The notes below the pieces were generated by a model. The model searched no databases. It saw only the letters and a program-made list of their open reading frames with translations, and had not been told where the DNA came from. Positions 27,801 to 39,800 of a stretch of DNA of 64,000 bases are shown one piece after another. Position 1 is the stretch's first letter. Every line of letters begins with the position of its first letter. The stretch is from Balanoglossus misakiensis (taxonomy: Eukaryota; Animalia; Hemichordata), in contig CM082578.2 in assembly GCA_040954595.2 (NCBI GenBank), forward strand, positions 9,161,519 through 9,225,518. Direction: 5' to 3'. The translations under genes were made by a program, and so were the position numbers.

Positions 27801-30800
27801 GCACACAGAGATATAAATGGCTGACTGCAGTACGCTGTACCTGGAATCAATATTTGATGATGAAAACCCCGAGACTCATTACTGTTTGTGAATCTGTAGA
27901 GGTATTGGTGATTTGCAGAATATTATTCCACTGTCAGGGCACTGGGTTATGCATAAAATATGCCGGATAAACTGACATTTGCTTTATTTGCGTGGTTCTG
28001 TTGGCTTGAATAACCAATTTCAGGATCCTGTCACGGCTTAACTAGTACAGGCTTAAATTTGCCAGCCCTAAATTGAATTTCAGAATGCAATCAGGGACAG
28101 AAAACATGCAATAACCCTCTTTTTTATAGAAATCAACCTGCGGTGATGCAGCGTTGATTCTTTTTTTTCCGAGTCACCTTTTGCTGAGCAGGTGTCATTC
28201 CAGTTGATTTGTTGCTGCACCATTGATGTAATGTGATGGTCTGATTTTTCCGTAGCGATCACTTTTAAAAAGCTTCCTTTAAAAAGCTTCCTGTTGATCG
28301 TGACTCTTTGTCTTCACCGTTGTCAGGTATATTTTATTGGGTTTGCAATCTCTTTCCGTTCAACACAGTCGATGTTTCACACACCCTGCTAGAAATCCAT
28401 AGCATGGGCCACAGCCGAGTGCGTTCTGATTCTTAGGTGTACCAGCCAATGACATGGAATGGCCGATCGACAGTCTAGTCACCCAAGAAGACTTGGAACT
28501 TTATTCGCAGAAACTGTTCCATTAGCTTCACGTCATTTTTCTTCGGAAAATTGATGCATGCCGGCAGCGTTATCGGTCCGTGAAACGAAGAGTGGGAATC
28601 TCGTAAACAAAGAAATCCTGGCTCGTATATAAAATACTAGTATAGCAATATACACTATATGTGCAATCACAAAAGATCTGGTTTCAGGGCTAAACATGCA
28701 AGATTGCTTTCTTCTTGAGAGTCACGCCAATCAATCAAGATTGAATCTTCCGTGGCTGTTTCAAAGGATGGAAGCAGAATCGATTTATTGCCTGTTAGAC
28801 TACCTCTCTAGAAATAAAATTCCTCGTACTATTATGTTGTCTTCTCATGGCCACAGCTCTACTTACGATCAGTCTAACTCACTTCGATCAATCACACATT
28901 GAATTGGGATTTGGAAATGAAGATTATTCTCTCCATTTGATGGGGGACAATCATGTTCTTGTCGTCTGTATTTTTTTCCTGTGGATTATGTCCGTAAATA
29001 GCTCCATCCTCACCTTACACATGTGCAAAGGTGACAAAAATATTCTGGATCATGATGGATATTTTAAATATCCTGCTGACAAGCTGTGTCGACCGAGTTT
29101 TGTTTGGCGTTATCAACATACAGCTCATAGCTCGTTCTCGGAGAAGTCCGCTGTATTGCACTGACGCATTCTGAGACCTTGGCAGGAAGCTTATAGATCG
29201 CTATCAAATGCAGATAGGCTAACCCCAACAGCCAGCTGAAATTCCCCAATTAGTAGCTGAGAGCAAAATCCTTTAGAAATGCGCTGCAGAAGATAAAAAA
29301 AAACAAGCCATTGATTTATTCTAACATATCCAAAAGCATTAGCTATCATCGGGGGAGTCTAATGTGATGTTGTACATAATCAGAGGTGCTGCTCCGATAA
29401 CATTGATGGTGAGGAGAATATTGATGGCTTGGCCGTACTCCCGCGGGCACCTTGACATTGTGTTTCACTCCAGTATGGGGTTTATTGGTGAGTTTGGGGG
29501 TGTGTATGTGCGCGGTGCAGTGATTTGTTTCTCAAGCGTTGCTTACTGTGTGTACCATGCGGAAGCCGCACTCTGTATCATATCTGTGGTTTCTTTTGAG
29601 TATGTCATGGGCATTCATTGTCGAGGCCTTGTAAGTTGTCTCTGAGGTCCTCTTTTACCTAGGGCGAGAACCATTTGATTCAGGGGGGTGTTGATGGATG
29701 ATTTTTGAGAAAAGATTGGATATTTTCATACTTCTTGTGTTTGCGCTACTCAAACATTCACTGATATGTTTCTAAGTATTCAATATTTGATTTCAGCTGA
29801 TGTCTGTTGATTCGGCAGGCCAGTATGAGTCCCTTGGTAAGCTGTGAAAGTGCCCTATAGTTGAAGTGTGACACACTACATGCAGCAATAAATGCATTTT
29901 GATTTAGGCATCAAATCTGTGACAAGCCACAGTTGCATGGTAGGGGGGCTCTCATCTCCAGACGGAGAGTGAATATAAATACAGAGCGAATTGAGACTGT
30001 CAAATTAGCAGCCAAATTTGTCGCCAGGCAACTTAGGCATATGGGTATCTACGACCGGCTCAATCACACAATTTCCATTTCTCGTAACAAATTTCCAGGA
30101 TTCCTGTCTGACGACGACTGCTTTCAATGCATCCGAGCATGGACGCGGCTCTCCTTTGTGACGCGCAACAGCGTCATTATTTCAGCGCAGAGGAAATTAT
30201 TTTCGGTAACGATTCATCAATCATAATGGAGCGGACTTTATCTTTTTATTCCACGTCACTTAGTGTGAGACTAACCACAAGCTGTAAAATCACAGGCTGA
30301 TCTTTTTTATGAATATCTGAAATTTTCTTGACTCCAAATAATCTCGTACAATCTGCCATTTGGATTTCTTCTGTTATAGTCTTGAGTAGGGAAGAACTGT
30401 GGGGTTTTACCGGGAGCATCTTCAGCTGAGATCACTATCAATACAAAATTCAGGCACTGTGTTGGAAAATGTTTGGTTGGAGATGAATGGATGAGATTAT
30501 CTGTTCCGCCGCATTCAGTTGCTGGACTGACTATTGACTGTTGAATTCTGGACTGTAAAAAAAGGGGCTGTCATGTCTGGTTGGAATGGTTTCGTTTTAT
30601 TTCTACAGACGACATCTCCACCTGGATCAGTGCTGATACGTGTATGTATGTGCTCGCAGGAAAAACACGGCGATTTAAAAAAAATTGACGCTCTTAATTG
30701 GTCACGAAGAAACTTGATTTGTGTCAGGGAAATAAGAAGTTGCTAACCGGCAGTTAGCGCCCTGTGAAAATTTCCCACACTAATTGTGCGTCTTGCAAAT

Positions 30801-33800
30801 GCCAAAAGCCTACATTCTGGAAATGACGCATTAGCTGTGAAAAGTGGTACCCTAGATCGCGCGAGTCCCTGGTTGGCATTAGCAAAAAAAACACAGGAAA
30901 TTTGCAGAAGAATAAGTCTAGCCCGGACCTGGAGATTGAGTTTATTTAAAGGTAGTGTTTACGCAAGCTGAATGGGAGAGTGAGTGACACCCATTACAAA
31001 CTGCAACTAGTCAATGCAACGATCCACTGGGGACTTTTCTCTTCGCGGTCTGTATTTCCACCATCACGATCAATCAGCTAAAAAAAAAAAATCAAAACAC
31101 ACAAAGCATTACATGTATAAATATAAAGTTGGTGTAATTAGTGAAGTGAGGCATTATGCAGCGTGCCCTTCCCCCTCCTGATGGATCCCTGCGAAATCTG
31201 TGTTGTGATCGCTCGTGCCGGATGCATGGATATATGCAGTCATCCTTGCATTTGTAATTTTGAACACACCAGTGATTTTTTTGCCGTGATGACTTCATTT
31301 GGAGTACCCGGGCTTGTCCTGCAATGATACAGATTGGAGAAGAAATCATGCTGTCTACAAGGAAAAGAAAAAGCAAATAGAGGTATCTTTTAGTAGTATG
31401 AGATTTGAAAAGTGGCCGCATTTTGAGACAGAATCTGGGAAAAAGTGTTCTGACTATTATTAAATACTTCTGCGGCAGCGTTTTGATAGTTGTGAAGAGG
31501 GATATACAGCGGCCAATGGGAAAGTCAGGTGACCCAAGAGTGGATGACAAATGACTGTTTGTTTAACCACCTGACTTTCTGACTTCCCCCCTGTCTGTGA
31601 CTAGGCAGGAACAGCAGTGAACTGGCTCACATGAAATGCACAGCTAAAAAGCTACAGAGATATCTCTCGGAAAAATAAGCTTAGATTCCTTTGAATGATT
31701 TATGAAGCGATTGTCGTGAGTGACATCCACTGGTGCTCAGGTAGTCTACACGTAGTCCCAGGGGGAGGACATCCTAGAAATTGGAAAGACTCTAAAGTGT
31801 GCAAAGGTTACAGAATATGGAGACCTTGGGGTATCCTCATGTGAACCCCCTGGAGAGACCTCTTATGGGTCAGACGAGGTCAAAAAATATGGAAGGATTT
31901 TTTACACGTCAACTTTTGGGGACATTCATGATTGCATTCAGATTTTAGATTTAACCAACATTTCTCTTTCATGGTCCGACACTTTTTGCTGCTTCATGAA
32001 TACTAGATTGATGAGAAATAAACAGAAATGGAATTTCTGTTTTAATGGAGAAATAACTTTGCCAGAGAAACAACATATTGATGGTTATAAAACTGAATAT
32101 GATTGATGAGTAACTAGGGAGGAGTAATTAGCATAGTTTTTGTCGCTTGAGTGTTGAATAATCAGTCTGTCCCCCCCCCCACCCCCTTCTGTGTGTGTTT
32201 CAGAGCGAAAGTATTGTGATTTCTGTGTTAAAATTATTCTTCAAGTCCTTTGGCAACACAGCTGTTGTGAAAGTGTGGGTTTTGTGGTGTTAAAAACGCT
32301 CGTATTCGCTGAAAGGTAATTTTAAACGCAGCATTTTCTTGTCTGCGCTTCAGAGAAGAATGCTCACTTTCCAGCGAGTTATCAGCTATGAAGGGATTTC
32401 ACATTGACGCAAATTGACAGGTCGTAACTGTTAAATACTGGCGTGGCATTTACATGAACACGAGCTGAACGAGATGATGTAGGAAAGTGGAACACCGTGT
32501 GACATTACACCCTGCCACTTCACCGATAGTTTATTAGAATTCTGCCATTACACGTGATTGCGTAAACTGATATTTCGTCGAAAGTGAGAGTGTTACAAAA
32601 GACTAAGCAAACCGCATTAAACGAATTATTGAAAACGTATCAGTAAACCAAACCTGCACTGTATACATTTGTTGAGTTTAAACGGCAAATTTGAGCTGAC
32701 AAACAGGCTGGTTTTATGAACAGATTAAAATAATGGTGTGACACTAAAAGAGAATGACGCTTATAACCTGTGCTGAAATAATTAGTCTACAGCAACATAT
32801 GCAGTCTGTGCCTGCATTTTTCGTTTCATATGATTCTCAGTTTTGTTGGCCAAGATTATGGCTGCACAAATATTTATGAATTAAAGTAGCTGCGATTGGT
32901 CTATTCGTCACGATTCCTATGAAATTAAATCTGGAATCTGTGTGGTCTGATAAATTCCTGCAAATGAATAAATCCTTTTTACAATGCAGAGAATCTGATA
33001 GGCGTTGTCTTTCAAGACGGTTAAAAGGTGATCAGTATGCTTCATTCAGTGACACTGAAAGTTGAGAGTTCAAATTTTCAGTTTTGTGAGCAGAATTCTA
33101 TGACAGTGCCTTGTGAATTTTTTATATACCTTCTCATTAAAAGAATTGTGGAGCCACAGCATGGCCTGGTCCCGGGGGAACTGCTTGGTGCTCCTACAGA
33201 TAAATGTGTCGGACACGTAGAGAATATTAGATCTGTTATTAAATTCCCGTCGTCCTTGACAATATCACGGAGCTCAGCCCCAGAACCTTGTCACTCAACA
33301 CCTGTCTTCAAAAGCGTTGAATGATTTCAAATTAAAATCCTCTTCCGTTTTGTCTTCTTGCGCTTGTATTGGTCGGTTAGCGAGTCGAAAAGGGTGGTGG
33401 AATTTGCATGTTCTCTGCAGGGTCTTGAGTAGCTGCGGTTTATATGAATGCTCAAGTGCCTGTTGTAACTTAATACAAGTAGATTTGACAAATACTTTTT
33501 GTAGACTGTGAAACCTGTTAAGGTGAATCTCAAAGTCCTTGCCAAAGAAAGAGGCTGTTTTTTTTATCACACCTTCAGACATCCGAATGCCAGTGAAGCC
33601 CAGATAATTTATATGTTTAAAGACAGTGGTGCATTTTCGCACTGATGTATTGACCTGCAATGTGCTGAATGGCTGTTACCGGAGGCTATAAAAATGATAC
33701 ATAAAAGAATGACAGAAATGATCCTCACCTATATAAATCTTATTTAGTACTGTAGATGTACATCCCATCAGAGTCCTGTCACAGAATTAATTGTTTGTCA

Positions 33801-36800
33801 TGCAAGATATAGCGTGTATGCTGTCAAAGTTTGGCAGCATTTCTGATGACTTAATTTCTTTCTACAACTGTATCAGTGGCATGGGCCAGTTATAGTTGAA
33901 TATGGCAGCTAAGTTTTATATTGTGATAATGAAAATAGGACTTCAAATACTGTATGTATGCTGAAATGCTGGTCACCTGTAAATTATTCTCTGCAATTTG
34001 TGTAACAGGAAATGACGTCCAATTTTCGTCTGTTCCTCTGAATAAGATGTGAGATCCAACGTGAAATGTGATAGTAGTGGCACGTAGGATGTTTGGCAGG
34101 AATGAATGTTTTGATGGGTTGGCGTGGTGATTGTGTGATAAGCCCTGACTTCAGGCATGAAATGGGATTCTGACGGTTAATGTATACACATTGTTAATGG
34201 CTGACAGCGCTGATGTTTGTGCTCGCTGTATTTCGGAACAAATGCCAGCTTCTGATAAGCTGCATATTATATTACTTTATTCGAAAGTGAAAAACTTCAC
34301 GTGACGGAGAATTGTCAGTTTATGCAAGGGTTTCTCAAATCCTGGTCGTTCAATTTCCGTTTTATTTATGCTGGGTCCACCATCTGCCATCTTGTCACCC
34401 AGTTGAGCAGAAAACAGCATTTTCAATCCAACCGTTTTCCACCAACGTGGAATGCCGCATATAAATACAGATTTGTATGTGTTTGTACTCAGCTTGGCCA
34501 TTAAAACCCACGTATGATATACACAGACATGCACAGCATTGCTCTGACTTGACCTGATGTGGAGGTCCCTGAATGGCCCTACAGTCTTCTGGGGATCTTG
34601 AATATAAACCTGATTTCCTAGGGTTGGTTTGGCAGGAGACTCGGGATACAGTCGAGTTGTGGACACAAATGAACATGATGGCATAGTGTGGTCGTGACAC
34701 AAGCAGAGTGAGACTGTGTTTTGACTATGCCCACAATGTGGAAAATGTCCGCGAACATATAATGATATGGGAAGACTGTGTATGATAAGAAACAACCAAC
34801 GTCAAATGACGACAACTGCCACTTAAAAATGTAATGATCTGCGTTATTTCATAAAGATTGTTTTCTTGGTACAGCACGTCCCTATAGTCTGTGCAAGAGA
34901 GCAACTAATATGGAGCTAGGTCAACACAAATGATCTCTGGCCACATAGTGAAAATTTATATCCAATCTGGCTAGTGTTTGTGGCAACACCCCCAAGTGTC
35001 TGCAAGATGCCGAATCAAATGGCAATATTATTTTATTATCTGGAGCATGAATTCCTCAGGTGGTGGCCCGTAATACCTGAATAAAAAATACTACAATTAA
35101 TCCCTTGTTTCAGGCCACAAATCATGCAGTTGGCGTCACTGGTTTCAGTTAATTGCTACACTGAGGATTATGCATTGCATCACAAACAAAACTCCCGCCG
35201 ACAGCCTGTCTTGCCATTTGCCCATCAATCATTTTTAGATTTGAAGCTCTGTTCGTTGCATGCATTCAAAGAAACTTATAAGTTCTTGCGAAACTCTTAA
35301 AAATTAAATGAATTTCCTACAGTGCCCCTGATAATTGTGCAGTCACATTGGATTTGACTGTATTCTGACATTCAGCAGTAGACCCTGTCAAGCAGTGTAT
35401 GAAAGTGCCTTTCATTCTGGTGTAAATTGATCAATGTTGGATCAGATAATCATTTAAATGTAGATAATATTCTGAGATAAAACTGATGTGACAATATGTT
35501 TATGATGTTTTCTTTTTTCCTTCTGTTTCAGCTTAAAGTCATGAGAGGTACATCGGCTCTGAAGTACGAGGAGATCGCCGTTGTCAGCGACAACCCCGAG
35601 ATTGTACAAAATGGACTGGTGTTCGATAATGATCAGAATTTCATCTACGTCATGAGCAAGAGACAGGTGAGTCCTTCCAGGCTGTTTGGTTTGCCAGATT
35701 TTTATCGGCGTTTTAATGTCTGTCCTGCAGGTGAGACACGACTCATAATAGTCTGCAAAATAACATAAAAATTTAAAGTGAAATTGAGACAAACTAGAAG
35801 TAGTTCAGTCAGCTTTGCCCCCTTTTAGAGATGAACATTTTCTGATAATTCACTCTGCAGGGAATAGCGAATCTGTATATCATATTAGCGTATATGCAAG
35901 TGAGGGTCCAGGGGGGACTCTCATAGAAATTCAGTCATCCTTTTCTGATCTCCCAAGTCACCCTATTCAGAGGAACTGCCAATAATGCATTGTTTCTTAT
36001 CTGTCGGAGTGGTTTTGCTATGCACTGCTCTTATCCGTCAGCTGCTTTTGTGAGTGCGATAGTACATTTGCAGTTGAACACAGTGCCAAGGTCTAAACGT
36101 TGCTTCACATTTGGGCTCATGCTCTATATCTGTACTGCTCTTGTTTGATGTCGACATTGGGAGGTCGGAGGGCATCAGTGTCATTCTTGGTTGCCGGACT
36201 GATTTCCTGCGTTATAGTTTGAAGGAGAAAATTGATGCAGTGGCAAGAAAAGGTCTGATTCGGAACACCCTATTCAGTTACTTTCATTTCTGAGAGTCTC
36301 TAGTCCAACCACTGACTGCAAAGAAGCACCCACTCCCAGACACAAGCATATAGTCGTATTATAAATACTGCCCTCTTGTGGCATGAATTGAGAAGTGTAT
36401 TGATACTTGTGTTAGTGCAAGATTTGCAGTGGAAAACCCCGTCTAATCGAAAGAAAAGCACTGAATGAAAGGACTCCCTTATAGTTCAGATACCCCAAAA
36501 TGTTGCCATTTTCTCCGTCAGATGTTCTCACTCATGCCTGCTGGCTCATTCACAAATTGACCAGCCCCCTTAAGTGTACTTTATTCATGACTCTTTCTGT
36601 CTTCTGTGGCCTTTGGATCTATCCTGTGGAGATTTGATCCAGATTTGACCGCCTTTCCTAATATTTATACACTAAATGTATCAGGAATGTTTTCTTTTCT
36701 CACCCGGATCGTTTCTTTTCCCGTGTCTGTTCTGTCTCACACTTCTGCTATCAGCACTACACTGCCGGTGACCTTTCTCCTTCCGTGACCTGGTGATCGA

Positions 36801-39800
36801 GACACCCAGCATTCCCAGACTTTTAACTGTAAACAGGACTATTAAAAACCGGTTCCTTCTCCCTGAAGCGCGCTGTCATCAGAACATGTTCCAACATGTA
36901 CGTCCACTATAAGGGAGCAGCGGCCATATTGCTTCCACGGTAGTGTTCCCCAGCGGTTGCCACGGTAACCTCCTAACCATTACCACCTGTGTTGAGAATT
37001 GTCTATTCCTGCTGGCTGCTGAAGCTATAGATATCTTTAACACTGCGCCAGTTCCTGTTAATGCAGTATGCCTCGAGGATGGAATTTCAGAAAAAGGATA
37101 GTTCTCCAGACCTTTCAATGAGTCTCTTTGAAACAATGAAAATAAAGCATTAACTGTTTTGTTTTCATGGAAACCACTACAACTTTAAATGTACGGCATA
37201 CGATTAATATAGAGATTGGTGTATATATAAATTGCATAAATAAATTAAGGGCGTTTCAAAGTTAGAGCGAGCTCTACAGGGACCATTATAAGCGATCTTT
37301 CTATTCCAATTATAGCATGACCCATCACAGCCGTTGCAACAATATTGTTTCCCAGAAAAAAAAACACGATAATGCATTCATTTACTGTCAGGTTTTGACC
37401 CGAGTCCATCGTGTCCATGACATCTCTTAATTTATGTTTATCTTTCACTGTGAAAATTATGGAAATAATTGATGACAAACAGTGGCAGCTTCTGGATCAA
37501 AATGTCGACAAGGAAGTGAGGGGTGAAAGGTCGCGTCAGGGAATGCTCTGGGACCGTCACTCATGCTCTGCAAAATCTTGAACGTTTAAAAACTCTCCTT
37601 ATCTATCAGTAATGTAGTGCAGCTGAAAGTTCTCTCACATCTGTAAGAGACGGCCCCAAGGAATACAGACTTTTGGAATTGCTCTGATATGAGAAGTAAA
37701 ATGCGAGGGCTTTGGGCAGTAGCACCAAACTGGGTACGTCATGTTTAATGGCCAGTTTAATGCCGGAAGGCGGAAGCAAGGAAGGAAGGAGATGGCAGAT
37801 AAGGCAAAGGAGTCTCCGATTAGGGCTTTACCCTAATGATCGTGAAGAATGTTGCAAATCGCAGTGGTTTGAAAATCATGCGTTGCAACTGTAGAGAAAT
37901 GTGCGGCCCTGATGTTGGTACTTTCTGTAGTATATGATAAGAATGGTGTCCGTATTTTGTGTGTGTGTATCACTGTATGTTTGTGCAATGTGTGCGTGCT
38001 TGTATACCTGCCAATAATGTGTTTCTCAGGCGACCTCTTATGATGTCATTTTGGGTGGACAAGCTTCAGCCATGTCGATGTACTGCTTTGTTAAAGTCAG
38101 AATAGAAAATGGAATGATGAAAGGATAACAGAAGATTGCAGAAAATGTACTGATACCACATTCATGCAGTTATGGAATTCAAAAAGTTTGGAACACATAA
38201 CAATAAACATCTTACTGCGATATCTACTTCAATTTATCGGAGGGTTTACTGTTTAGCTGTTACAGTGTAATGGCAACTTCTAGGCAAGGTCGCATTCCAT
38301 ACAGTCTAAAGGTTCGTGGAGTAACAGTATCAAGCCAATAGTAAATACAGCATATTACTTTCAAGGCCAAGTCAGGCACACTTCGGTGTAGTTTAACACA
38401 CCACTCGAGCATTCCCAGCGAGACTTCGTGCCCACAAAATGAAAATATTTGGATTTCGCTGCTCTTGCTCCTTGACAGATACTGACCCTTGACATGACAC
38501 CCCCAGAAGACCTGCGACCTTTGACCCACAGTAACCTGGTGGTTGCATGTTGTCTGCAGGATCAGATAGTATTACCTGTGTGGAACCTATTCCATTAAAA
38601 CCAAGTTTATACTTACATGTATATGTTTTAGCCACAAGTATGCTCTAAAGCGATTTGTGTTTGCCAAGAAGATAATCAAGAAATCAGCAGTTTGGGGCTT
38701 CTCACTCTCTTTGCAAAGCCACGATGTTAGGCCATCACCCAAACATTAATATATACACAAAACTCTTGTGAACCTAACCAAGTTGAGAAAAAAAGATGAA
38801 CATTGAAATGCCCAGAGTTGTTAAAATCTCCTGATTCCTCTTTTGAAAATTACAGATCACGAAGGTACCAGTGGAAGATTGTGAGCAGTATGCAAATTGT
38901 GAGGACTGCACGGCCATCAACGGTGTAGGCGACCCGTACTGTGGATGGTGTTCACTGGAAACCAAGTATGTACTCTTTGTTCCAATCAAACAAATACTAT
39001 CTGGCTACCAAAGTTCTCAAGGACAATCACAGTTGCAGGATATAAGATACACTGTGGAAGTGTTCTTGTGTGATCTATTGTGATGCGCCATCTATAGCCT
39101 TATTGTGAATTGCTGCTGTTTTTACAGATTTATCGTGAGGCGCCATCTGGAGTTTTATCCTGAATTTCTGTTGTTTTTACAGGTGCAGCAGGAAAGCAGA
39201 CTGCGCCGGCTCCAACGACGAGAACTCCAACAGATGGATTGGCAATAAAGGTGCTTGCCCAAGTATTGTGGTGGCACCAGCGAGTGTAGAGAGGGGTCAG
39301 CTGGAAACGGTGAGTAGTTGTACATGTACATGAAATGTGAAAATCACTCTGTTACTTGTTCCCTCCAGCTATACTATAGAAAACAATGGATTTTGGGCCA
39401 AACCATGGTGGTGGAAGGGTTCACCTGGATCGTGGACTTACATGTTGAATTCTTTTTTTTTTATTGCAACAGTTGACACTGACTGTGACCAGTCTGCCGG
39501 AAACCAGCGATAATTTCCACTGTGTGTTTGCCAACCTGGGAAAGACTGCAGCCGCTGTGAAAGACCAAGGTGGCAATCAGTTGACTTGTTCAACTCCGTC
39601 GCCGACGAATGTCCCCGCGCCTGGAGACAGAGGTGAGAAAATGAGAATTGAATGAAAGGAGCTGATGGGGAAAGCAATATATGTGTATTTGTTTGTTCAT
39701 TTGTATGTACACTTTTTTTCTCTGAAATCTTCCAAATGTAAAGCATATCTAAAACTAAATAAATGTCTTATTTTTATTGTTACCAAGGTTATGTAAGAGT

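Noticed and set aside
34277-34795. 172-aa minus-strand ORF in the giant intron (possible nested gene)
   Set aside because: Non-ATG start, no recognisable domain or codon bias; this length can occur by chance in 64 kb.
36879-37136. 85-aa minus-strand ORF preceded by a pyrimidine-rich acceptor-like tract
   Set aside because: No partner exons, no convincing donor and no protein similarity.
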